From Deltaproteobacteria bacterium (lineage in GTDB: Bacteria > Bdellovibrionota_C > UBA2361 > J135), in NCBI GenBank assembly GCA_020635175.1, contig JACKAH010000003.1, forward strand, positions 3-64,002: DNA of 64,000 nt, in the 5' to 3' direction. The notes below the pieces were generated by a model that saw only the letters and a program-made list of their open reading frames with translations, was not told the origin of the DNA and made no database searches. The position numbers and the translations under genes were made by a program. Of this stretch, positions 55,493 to 64,000 are shown piece after piece (position 1 is the stretch's first letter; every line of letters starts with the position of its first letter).

Positions 55493-56230
55493 ATGAAGTT
55501 TCAAGACTCGCTCCGTCAAGCGTTCAACTTCCTGCGTCCTGTGGTCTTTGGTTTGACCGTCGCCACCTTGGTTCTCTGTCTAGGATACCTGCTCCGTCCT
55601 GCTGGAGTAGTGATTCCCAACGGCTCGCTCGGACTCTTCTTTTCCAAGGAGGGGCTCGAGTTCGTAGCTCCTGGTGTCCACAATAGGTACTGCTTCGACA
55701 AACATCCAGGTAGGATGAGGATCTGCAAACTAGGTCCTCAGACAGTATCTTTCCAGACCTTAGTCAGTAATAGGCAAGATGATCAAGATCTGTATGCACA
55801 CGGGACACTAACATTTCAGCTTACAGAGCAAGAGTTGCGTCGATACTACTTCACCAATACCGAATCGATTGGTAAGTCTTTGAAGCAGTTTCTCGACGAG
55901 CAGCTTCCGATCCTCTTCAGCGAGCTAGGTGAGGATTCGAGTAAGTTCTCACTTGGAGCAAGTAAAGCTGTGGCTAGACATTTCGAGACGCAGATGGGCC
56001 TCAACAGCTCTCTGATTCTTGAGGTTGATGAGGTGGTGAGCCTGGGGTCCCTCTCATCCCCTGGCTTCGAGCTCACACACACTCAGCCTGCAGTCTTTAG
56101 TCGAGATACTGTCTCTGAGGCATTCTGGTCGCTACTAATAGCATTCAGTTTGCTGAGCCCAGTCTTCGTTCTGTGTGGCATACGATTGCTCGACCTCATT
56201 CTAGACATTCCAGTGATGTTTACGAAATGA
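55493..56230 (+). CDS. Hypothetical membrane protein, weakly SPFH/band-7-like
   Basis: N- and C-terminal TM helices; V..G.LGL.F.K.GL..V.PG.H pattern near the N-terminus. Confidence 0.5.
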   Translation: MKFQDSLRQAFNFLRPVVFGLTVATLVLCLGYLLRPAGVVIPNGSLGLFFSKEGLEFVAPGVHNRYCFDKHPGRMRICKLGPQTVSFQTLVSNRQDDQDLYAHGTLTFQLTEQELRRYYFTNTESIGKSLKQFLDEQLPILFSELGEDSSKFSLGASKAVARHFETQMGLNSSLILEVDEVVSLGSLSSPGFELTHTQPAVFSRDTVSEAFWSLLIAFSLLSPVFVLCGIRLLDLILDIPVMFTK

Positions 56231-56791
56231 GTCCGAAAGCTCTAGGAGGTGCTCATCCGCCTTGTAACGAGCATGAATCGCTGTGTCTGTATGAAGAACC
56301 CCCTTGTTGTCCTCTCATTGGAGGCACAAGGGGGTTATCTTTCTCTGGTTTTTCTGGGGTTGTTGCGTGCCATCGAGTTCCTTCAAAAAATCTACTCCAA
56401 TTCAGGGCTTTTGCTTTCTGTCTCTGCAGATGCAGAAATACGCTTTTAAACTCCTGAGTAGGAAGGAATCATCTGCCTGTCCTTTCGAGCCGAGCGTTAG
56501 CAAAGGCGACATAGTCTCTACTGCGTCAGCTCTAGATTTTAAAACTTATAATAATGCACTTTTCTGAGATAAAAATCTCAATCTATCTAAGAAAGTTTCA
56601 CTGGCGATAAATCTTTTGATTAAAAATTCTGAAAGTGTACCCTACACATTGATTTCCATATATACGGCTAGAGTAGAGGAAGACTAGGCTTAGTCAGCAG
56701 AATTATATCTGCCGACTAAGCTAGACAAAGCTTAGGTTCTAGATCTTACATCTGAAAGAAGCGTCCTGCTTCTCAAACGTGGAGAGTCCCG

Positions 56792-58549
56792 ATGAAGAAC
56801 CGCCGTGCGCTCGTTCTGGCCACTTCGATCTTCCTGCTTCTTTGCCTTGTTACTTGCGTGAGCCTCTTCTCGAGCAACGACGACATGTCCTTGCAGAAAA
56901 TGGAGAATGATCTTTCACAAAAGGTAGAGGTGTTGCGGAATCGGGAAGAATCTCAGGCAGAGCCTTTCTCGACGGACTTCAGCTCGCATGCGATCTCTGT
57001 TGAGCTAAGCCCCTATGGGCACATCTCAATTCAGTTTCGTGATGAGATGAAAGGGCAGCCAGTAAGTGGCGTTGGGGTGAAGCTCACGGATGAAATGCTG
57101 AACCCAATAACGCGTGCAGTTTTGAGTGACGATCAAGGTTGCGTGGGCTTTAAAGGGGTATACCCTGGAAGCTATCGCTGGCAGGTCGTAACTGAACAGA
57201 TGTTAACCCTGAGCCCCGAGCCTGAACCTCTCTTTGAATCGGAGGCGACGCACTCAGGGCAGGGTGTGCTCTGGAAGAGCAAGCCTGACTATATGCAGAC
57301 AGCGACCTATTCAGGCACATTTGAGGTCAAAGCAGGTGGACGATACGATTTCGAATCGATCGTCTACACGGAATCTGCGATCTCCGGCGAACTGCCGCAG
57401 CCCATGCAGGGTGTGAAGCAGGTCTGGAATCAGGTTGCAATTGCTCGTAGTGAGAGCTTTGATGCTGTGACTGGAAGTCCAGGTCATCAGAGGATCTTCG
57501 AGCGCGGCATAAGTACTGGCTACTTTGAGGATGGAAGATTTCACTTCAAAGGGCTTGAGCCTGGAGAGTACTTCATTCGGGCCTGGTGGCATGTCAGTGA
57601 TGACCAGATCTGTGTTGCTCGATACCAAGTTGAGCTGCGCGGATTCGAACATCGTCAACTGGGAATTCTGCAACCGGGGGTCTACTCCGATCAAGGATCT
57701 TTTAACTGTGCTGCCTCTCTCAGTTTAGAGCTGCGGATCCCAGAGGAAGCGCTTCTAGAACCAGACGACGGATGCAGTGTTTTGCTAAATGCTGTGCTCG
57801 CCAAGGACGGAAGGGCGCTAGAGCTCGGTTCTTTGAAAGTGGCTCATCTGATGACATCGAGGAACCATTTTCTGATCAAACCTAACAGGCCGATTATGAT
57901 CTTTGGATTGCCATCGGTCTATTACACTGTGAGCGTTACGAGTCAGATTGCAACGAAGCCAGGCGTGAATGTTGAGCTCAAAAAACCTAAGGAATTTCCG
58001 CAGGTAGATCTCCACAGTTACAACAATCAAGTTACTGTGATCGAGTATCAGCTACCACCTAAGAGGGTGATTGTAAAAATTCTCTTCAGCGGTAGCGTAC
58101 TCGGTTCTCAACTACACTATGTCATCTGCGCAGGCCGAGAGGTAATCGCCAATGATGTTGGTGTTGTTGGATCTCGCGAAGAGGTTCCTCTTGTTTTGGG
58201 AGAGCGCTACCAAGTAGTTGCATTCTCTGACAAGGAAGCTCATGTGTCGGAGTTTACTGCTGAGGATGAGTTCGTCTCGTTGAGTATGATCACTCAGGCA
58301 GAACTGACAGGGCGGATCGTCAAACCTGATGGAACTCCGCTACGAAACGCCGAGATCGGTATAAGACCAGCTCTCTTTGAGGGCATTAACCCATATACGA
58401 TACGCACAGATCAGGAGGGAAAGTTCGCTCTTAAAGGTCTGGCTCCTGGAATCGAGTTGAAAAGCGACTTTCTAAAGGGTGAGATTTACCCTGCAGAAGG
58501 AAAACGCCTTGTTCTGAACAATCGAGGTGTTCGCTTCTTGGCTCAGTGA
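56792..58549 (+). CDS. Membrane-anchored protein with carboxypeptidase-regulatory-like (prealbumin-fold) beta-sandwich repeats
   Basis: N-terminal hydrophobic helix. Repeats GQPVSGV.V...SDDQG...F.G..PG.Y, DGRFHFKGLEPGEY and GRIV.PDGTPL.NA.I...TDQEGKF.L.GL.PG. Confidence 0.7.
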   Translation: MKNRRALVLATSIFLLLCLVTCVSLFSSNDDMSLQKMENDLSQKVEVLRNREESQAEPFSTDFSSHAISVELSPYGHISIQFRDEMKGQPVSGVGVKLTDEMLNPITRAVLSDDQGCVGFKGVYPGSYRWQVVTEQMLTLSPEPEPLFESEATHSGQGVLWKSKPDYMQTATYSGTFEVKAGGRYDFESIVYTESAISGELPQPMQGVKQVWNQVAIARSESFDAVTGSPGHQRIFERGISTGYFEDGRFHFKGLEPGEYFIRAWWHVSDDQICVARYQVELRGFEHRQLGILQPGVYSDQGSFNCAASLSLELRIPEEALLEPDDGCSVLLNAVLAKDGRALELGSLKVAHLMTSRNHFLIKPNRPIMIFGLPSVYYTVSVTSQIATKPGVNVELKKPKEFPQVDLHSYNNQVTVIEYQLPPKRVIVKILFSGSVLGSQLHYVICAGREVIANDVGVVGSREEVPLVLGERYQVVAFSDKEAHVSEFTAEDEFVSLSMITQAELTGRIVKPDGTPLRNAEIGIRPALFEGINPYTIRTDQEGKFALKGLAPGIELKSDFLKGEIYPAEGKRLVLNNRGVRFLAQ

Positions 58550-58615
58550 AGCGGTGGCAGTGTGAATCAAGAGGCGCTCACCTGCCGAAGATGTAGCCTC
58601 TGTAGTTTGGAGAAG

Positions 58616-59509
58616 ATGATGCGTTGTGCACTTTTTGCTGTGCTCTGCCTGGTGTTGCTTTCGGCAACGGCAGAGGCGGCCTGGCTTACCCAGGTCGACC
58701 CTTTCACGGTCACGACCAAGCCCGCGCTGATCAACGGCCAAGGCTCCGGTTCGCTCACGATCGGTCCTGGTTTCGTGCTCGGCATGATCGAGGTCTATGA
58801 TCTGAAAGTCTCGACCTCGAGCTACGGGCAGGTCTTCGGAACCGGACGTCAGATGGCAACCGACACTCACTACGCTCTGAGTACGGACAGTGCTGTCGGT
58901 GAAGCTGAGCTTCAGAAGTCTGCGCGTGCAAACGGCAAGGTCAAGAACCGAAAGCACGAAACGCTCGCGCGCGCTTCTGGCCACGGTTTGGCGAAACACA
59001 CCTTCGACGGCGCCGGGACTTCTCTGCTGGACACCCTGAAGAGTACCCACATCAAGTCGGATCAGAACATTCCGCTTCCGCCTGTGACTCTTCCGGTCGG
59101 AGGAAGCGGCGCTCAGATCAGCATTTCGGTGCCGACGGCGACGATCGGAACGGGGGAGTTGGAAGAGAACAAGTTGCCGCTCACTGAAACTCCTTTCAAA
59201 TGTCCGGTAACGGTGGTCGAACGTTTCACCGAGGGCGAAGGCGAGATGGTCGTTTTCGCGAACCACACTCTTGGTGGGGATATCGACGCGGGGTTGACGC
59301 TGCTCGCACGTGCGGCGTCATCGGTGGTTGCGGGTGCGATCGCTCAGATCGGGCAGATCATCGTCAACATCAACCAGGGCATCTCGCCAGGCGCAGGACT
59401 TCCTTCGCCGCCTCCGGTCATTCCTGTCGCTGCACCGAAAGCTGAAGCCAACATCTGGTGTTACGGAGCGATCGCTGAACACCTGCTGGATCATCCCATC
59501 TGCCCCTAG
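58616..59509 (+). CDS. High-GC secreted hypothetical protein
   Basis: ATG 58616 follows GGAGAAG and gives signal peptide MMRCALFAVLCLVLLSATAEA; strong C/G-ending codon bias. Confidence 0.7.
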   Translation: MMRCALFAVLCLVLLSATAEAAWLTQVDPFTVTTKPALINGQGSGSLTIGPGFVLGMIEVYDLKVSTSSYGQVFGTGRQMATDTHYALSTDSAVGEAELQKSARANGKVKNRKHETLARASGHGLAKHTFDGAGTSLLDTLKSTHIKSDQNIPLPPVTLPVGGSGAQISISVPTATIGTGELEENKLPLTETPFKCPVTVVERFTEGEGEMVVFANHTLGGDIDAGLTLLARAASSVVAGAIAQIGQIIVNINQGISPGAGLPSPPPVIPVAAPKAEANIWCYGAIAEHLLDHPICP

Positions 59510-59533
59510 GGATCTCCACTGCATCTAGGTTGC

Positions 59534-59572
59534 AAAAGTGGCCGAGAACTTAACTGTGCTCGGCCACTTTTT
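59534..59572. terminator. Bidirectional intrinsic terminator
   Basis: AAAAGTGGCCGAG-loop-CTCGGCCACTTTT. Confidence 0.7.
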
Positions 59573-59864
59573 AGATGTTCTTGCAATGTCTAGCTTGCTC
59601 TTACAGATTGACGGCTGTATGTAAAACTGCACCAGCTGTATTCATATCTGAGCCTTTGTCACTGTTTGAGGTGTTATTGAGCGCATTGAACATGTTAGAT
59701 GCCATTCCTATATCTCCAACAACTTTATTAATTTGTTCAAGAGAGTGTTTCCTGTTTCTTTCCCCTGCTAATGGTTCCCATTTAAAAAAGCTTAAAATTA
59801 TCACTGGCATAGGAATTGCTTTTTGTCCTAAGTCATAGTTTTTTGGGTATATTTGGGGGTTGTC

Positions 59865-61358
59865 ATGCGGTTGTTCTTTTCTGCCTTTCTCTATCTATTA
59901 TTAATTTCCACAATTTCATTTGCTCAAACTGGTAATCCAGCAATTACAGGACCTAGTGTTGTAAACTTTGCTGGAATGAGTGCGCCCAAGGTAATACTAA
60001 CAGGGCAAAACTTCAGTCCAGCAGTAAGGCTCTATGCAAAAGGAATGGCCGATTCAGATCCTGTTTTTGAGGTTCCGTATAAATTTGTTGATAATACGAA
60101 GCTAGAAATTAACTTACCTCAGGCCATAATTTGGAAATTTGTAATCGCTGCAATTACTCTTAATCCACCGGCAGTATCAAATATCTTTCAGATAGAGTTA
60201 AAAAATCCACCACAAGATGTCTTAGGTCAGGACTGTCACGCTATTAAATTCAATGGATCGTTTGATAACTCAGTTAATATGATCTTTGTTCCATCAGGTT
60301 TTAATGGGGATATGGCCTCTTTTGAAGCAAATGTTTTAAAAATAGTTGATAAATTTAAAAAAGACACAGTCTTTGATTACGATAAGATTAGTCAACTGAA
60401 TGTGCTCTATTCTACTCAGGAGAGTACTACCGCGAATAGTTATTGTAATTTTGGATCAGGCGCATTTAGTCATTTGCTGACGTGTAACAATTTTATCGGC
60501 TATGAATCCGCAATCGCATGTAATACCTACAATCGCCAAGTCGTAATTGTGCACAATAGTACTCAATACGGTGGTTCAGGTGGTAATACCGCAGTTACAT
60601 CAATCAATTCTCAATCTGCAGATATCGCGCGACATGAAATAGGACATTCTCTTTTTGATCTTAGGGATGAGTACACCTATTACGATTCAGCCGTTGGTAA
60701 AAATTGTGGCACGAATACATGTAGCGGCTGGAACGACATGATTGCTGATGGAACCATGGGAGTAGGGTGTAACTCAGGAAAATGTAAGAGCGGTGCCTAT
60801 TTTACAGGCTCAACTAGTTCAGTCATGACAACAATCACTCATACGTTTAAGGAAGTGAATGAAAGATATGCATGCTGTGCATACGAAGCAAAAACAGGTT
60901 CATTTCCTGATTATTGTAGTAAGTTTCATAAAGGAAATTTAGCTAACCTTTATGCTTACTGTCATACTGGGATGATTGCAGATAATGCGCTCTCAGCGCC
61001 ACCTGCGCCAATCAGACCAAGAGTAAAAGATCCCGTTAGAATTTTGTTACTGAAAAATCCAAAGAGTAAGAGTTGGGAGGTTCGTTCGGTAGAGTACTTA
61101 AGACCAGGTAGTTACAAACTAACAAAATCTGAAGAGCTCGCTCCTTTAGAGGGTAGAATAGATGTGAGAATCGGAGACCAAGAACTCGTCTTTAGCGCCT
61201 CTCAGTCATATGAAATACCGCCAAGCTTAGATTCAGCTGAAAGAACACCAATGGGATACGCAACGGTAGGGGAACGCAACGAGATTGAGCTTATTGTGAG
61301 CGCTAAGGGGCTTAATGAAGCTCAGCTCAGAAAGAGTGTCTCGGTTGAGGTTAACTAG
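59865..61358 (+). CDS. Secreted M64-like (IgA peptidase family) zinc metallopeptidase with N-terminal IPT/TIG-like domain
   Basis: Signal peptide from ATG 59865, P.I...L.G.NF Ig-like N-terminus, NMIFV..GF, YGGSGG, HEIGHSLFDLRDEY and a Cys-rich segment. Confidence 0.7.
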   Translation: MRLFFSAFLYLLLISTISFAQTGNPAITGPSVVNFAGMSAPKVILTGQNFSPAVRLYAKGMADSDPVFEVPYKFVDNTKLEINLPQAIIWKFVIAAITLNPPAVSNIFQIELKNPPQDVLGQDCHAIKFNGSFDNSVNMIFVPSGFNGDMASFEANVLKIVDKFKKDTVFDYDKISQLNVLYSTQESTTANSYCNFGSGAFSHLLTCNNFIGYESAIACNTYNRQVVIVHNSTQYGGSGGNTAVTSINSQSADIARHEIGHSLFDLRDEYTYYDSAVGKNCGTNTCSGWNDMIADGTMGVGCNSGKCKSGAYFTGSTSSVMTTITHTFKEVNERYACCAYEAKTGSFPDYCSKFHKGNLANLYAYCHTGMIADNALSAPPAPIRPRVKDPVRILLLKNPKSKSWEVRSVEYLRPGSYKLTKSEELAPLEGRIDVRIGDQELVFSASQSYEIPPSLDSAERTPMGYATVGERNEIELIVSAKGLNEAQLRKSVSVEVN

Positions 61359-61899
61359 CTGAATGTATTATAGAAATCGCAGGCTTTCGTGACCTAGCTT
61401 AGGTTTCCTTGCTGGGACACAGCCTTCAGTAGCTAAGTTATCAAAATGCTGGCACAAAGCAGACCTTTTTCTAGCTTGACATCATTGACTTTTCAGTAAT
61501 TTACGTGATATCAATGCACCTCCCTGGAGGTTCCAGGGAAAAGAATAGCCACAACTTTCGGGCACTTATCTTACTTTTAAACAGGTAAGCAGTGCTTAAA
61601 GGGTGGTGTATGCATGTTTGTTGGATAGTTCAATTTTTTTAGATTGTTCTCTTACAAAGATGCAACTGCGGCACGAGGAGATGCAAGGCATTTGTCCTAG
61701 GAAAAGCAACATCTCCGACGTTTGAAGATTTTCAAACATAAGTGACGTAGTAAACGAGCCAATTAAATGTTGATTCATGCGAGTCTCATAGCTCAAACCT
61801 AGGAAATTTAGATTTTTTATTTATGCTTAGCAGCGCTGCAGTAATGCAGTGTTGAAAAATGTACAGCACTTTGTGTGCAGTTAATGAGGAGCAGGCTGT

Positions 61900-62271
61900 A
61901 TGCCAACTATTAACCAATTAGTAAAAAGCCGACGCAAGAAGAGATTAAAGCCTACTAAAGTGCCAGCACTTAAGAGCTGTCCACAGAAGAGAGGCGTATG
62001 TACGCGTGTATATACACAGACACCTAAGAAACCTAACTCAGCTTTGAGAAAGGTTGCACGTGTTCGTTTGACCACAGGTGCTGAAGTTACAAGCTATATC
62101 CCAGGTGAAGGACACAACTTGCAGGAGCACTCAGTTGTATTGATTGAGGGTGGAAGGGTTAAAGACCTTCCTGGTGTTCGTTACCACATCATCAGAGGCA
62201 AGCTTGAAACTCATGGCGTTAATGACCGTAAAAAGAGCCGCTCAAGATACGGTACTAAGCGTCCAAAATAA
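61900..62271 (+). CDS. rpsL: 30S ribosomal protein S12
   Basis: Motifs [19 protein letters not shown] and [12 protein letters not shown]. Confidence 0.99.
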   Translation: MPTINQLVKSRRKKRLKPTKVPALKSCPQKRGVCTRVYTQTPKKPNSALRKVARVRLTTGAEVTSYIPGEGHNLQEHSVVLIEGGRVKDLPGVRYHIIRGKLETHGVNDRKKSRSRYGTKRPK

Positions 62272-62297
62272 GTTTTTAAATAGAGAAGATTAAGACT

Positions 62298-62768
62298 ATG
62301 ACTCGTAAGAAAAGAGATTTTACTAGAGAAGTTCTTCCTGATCCAAAATTTGGTGAAGTGATAATTACTCGCATGGTTAACCGTATGACTAGACACGGTA
62401 AGAAGTCTGTTGCAGAGAAAGCTGTATATACTGCACTGGACTCTGCCTCTGAAAAGTCAGGCGAAAAGCCAGTTACAGTCTTTCATAAGGCACTAGAAAA
62501 CATCAGACCAGCAGTTGAGGTTCGTTCTCGACGTGTTGGTGGTGCTACTTACCAAGTTCCAACTGAAGTTAGACCACGTAGGCAGGAAACACTTGCTATT
62601 CGTTGGTTGATACAAGCTGCTAATTCTCGCTCTGAGAGAACAATCGCTAGCCGTTTGGCTGGAGAGATCTTAGATGCTGCGAGCAATAGAGGAGCAGCTG
62701 TTAAGAAACGTGAAGATACTCACAAGATGGCAGATGCAAACAAAGCATTTGCGCACTTTCGTTGGTAA
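62298..62768 (+). CDS. rpsG: 30S ribosomal protein S7
   Basis: Motifs [17 protein letters not shown] and [13 protein letters not shown]. Confidence 0.99.
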   Translation: MTRKKRDFTREVLPDPKFGEVIITRMVNRMTRHGKKSVAEKAVYTALDSASEKSGEKPVTVFHKALENIRPAVEVRSRRVGGATYQVPTEVRPRRQETLAIRWLIQAANSRSERTIASRLAGEILDAASNRGAAVKKREDTHKMADANKAFAHFRW

Positions 62769-62795
62769 TAAAGTTAAGCCGTTTAGGACCAAGCA

Positions 62796-64000
62796 GTGGC
62801 AGCAGACGTTAAAGACCTCAACAAATGTCGAAATATCGGAATCATGGCGCACATCGACGCCGGTAAGACGACTACGACTGAGCGTGTGCTGTACTACACA
62901 GGTGTTAACTACAAGATCGGTGAAGTTCATGAAGGCGCTGCTACAATGGACTACATGGAGCTTGAGCAGGAGAGAGGAATTACGATTACCTCTGCTGCGA
63001 CTACCTGTTATTGGTCTGGATCTGATCAACAGTATCCTCAACACAAAATCAACATTATCGACACACCAGGTCACGTAGACTTCACGATTGAGGTTGAGCG
63101 TAGCTTACGAGTGCTTGACGGTGGGGTTGTAGTATTTGATGCTGTAAACGGAGTTGAGCCCCAATCAGAAACTGTTTGGAGACAAGCTAATAAGTTTAAC
63201 GTTCCTCGTATCTGTTTTATTAATAAGATGGATAAAGCAGGCGCTGACTTTAAGTATGCTGTTTCTACAATTGTTGACAGATTAAACGCTCGCCCAGTTC
63301 CAGTTCAGATTCCAATCGGTGCAGAGAGTGAATTAAAAGGTGTTATCGATTTAGTTGAGAACCGAGCAATTATCTACGCTGATGATAGCCTAGGTGCTAA
63401 GTACGAATACATTGATATTCCAGATGAGCTTCGAGCTGAGGCTGCAGCTGCTCGTGATAATCTTATCGAGGTAGTTGCTGAGTCTGATGAGAAGTTAACT
63501 GAAAAATACGTATCTGGTGAAAAGCTCTCAGTTGAAGAAATTAAAAGAGGCTTAAGAAAACTTACATTAGCTCTTGAGATATTTCCTGTATTTTGTGGAA
63601 GTGCATTTAAGAATAAAGGTGTTCAGCCACTTTTAGATGCAGTTATTGATTATCTTCCATCTCCATTAGATCTCCCTGATATTGCAGGCACAGACCCTGA
63701 TGATGAGACAAAAGAAATCACAAGAGCTGCTAAAGATGAGGAGCCACTTTCTGCTCTAGCATTCAAGATAGTTTCAGATCCATATGTTGGTGTTCTTACC
63801 TTCGTGCGTGTTTATTCCGGTAAACTAGAGGCAGGTAGTTCTGTACTTAACTCAACACGTGGCAAAAAAGAGCGTGTTGGTCGATTAGTTCGTATGCACG
63901 CAGATAAGCGCGAAGATGTTAAAGAGGTTTGCGCTGGAGATATCGCTGCAATCGTATCGATGAAAGAGACAATTACTGGAGATACTCTTTGTGCGATTGA
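62796..64000 (+). CDS. fusA: Elongation factor G, 3'-partial (absent from the ORF track)
   Basis: GTG 62796 opens [43 protein letters not shown] and [11 protein letters not shown], and runs off the window. Confidence 0.97.
   Translation, partial: MAADVKDLNKCRNIGIMAHIDAGKTTTTERVLYYTGVNYKIGEVHEGAATMDYMELEQERGITITSAATTCYWSGSDQQYPQHKINIIDTPGHVDFTIEVERSLRVLDGGVVVFDAVNGVEPQSETVWRQANKFNVPRICFINKMDKAGADFKYAVSTIVDRLNARPVPVQIPIGAESELKGVIDLVENRAIIYADDSLGAKYEYIDIPDELRAEAAAARDNLIEVVAESDEKLTEKYVSGEKLSVEEIKRGLRKLTLALEIFPVFCGSAFKNKGVQPLLDAVIDYLPSPLDLPDIAGTDPDDETKEITRAAKDEEPLSALAFKIVSDPYVGVLTFVRVYSGKLEAGSSVLNSTRGKKERVGRLVRMHADKREDVKEVCAGDIAAIVSMKETITGDTLCAI

Noticed and set aside
56249-56567. Short ORFs 56249..56449 and 56304..56567
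   Set aside because: No convincing RBS or motifs and mutually overlapping; possibly decayed sequence but unsupported.
58472-59266. 264-aa minus-strand ORF
   Set aside because: Antisense shadow of the high-GC gene; the plus strand has the RBS, signal peptide and codon bias.
61359-61899. Small ORFs or a structured leader upstream of rpsL
   Set aside because: Only short hairpins (for example CCCTGGA/TCCAGGG) and a weak TTGACT promoter candidate; nothing I can support beyond an ordinary promoter region.

Overview
This is a 64-kb AT-rich bacterial chromosomal window. The gene set and protein sequences suggest a deltaproteobacterium-like lineage (Bdellovibrionota/Myxococcota in the broad sense), which is my inference. 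Mostly housekeeping genes: sahR-ahcY, rsmI, a thiolase, lnt, eno-ftsB-dciA, rsmD, a branched-chain-type 2-oxoacid dehydrogenase cluster (lpdA-lipB-fused E1-E2), a hybrid histidine kinase, an RluA-family synthase, mnmH/selU, five tRNAs, secE-nusG-rplKAJL-rpoBC and rpsL-rpsG-fusA (fusA truncated by the window end). Seven accessory or unexplained parts stand out. (i) Three GT-C-type membrane glycosyltransferase-like genes carry a related discoidin-like module. (ii) A 1.46-kb intergenic region (6606-8065) contains a promoter- and terminator-bounded sRNA candidate, a palindromic repeat and a GC-rich multi-hairpin segment. (iii) A 1736-aa signal-less protein has toxin/effector-scaffold-like architecture. 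(iv) The tuf-type tRNA cluster is rearranged and lacks tuf. (v) tRNA-Tyr is followed by a perfect 170-bp tandem repeat built from its own 3' end. (vi) A 6.7-kb compositionally mosaic block of membrane/secreted-protein genes lies between rpoC and rpsL. (vii) There are two gene relics or frameshifts. I saw no CRISPR array, integrase, transposase or rRNA. All family assignments come from motif recognition by eye; no database search was run.
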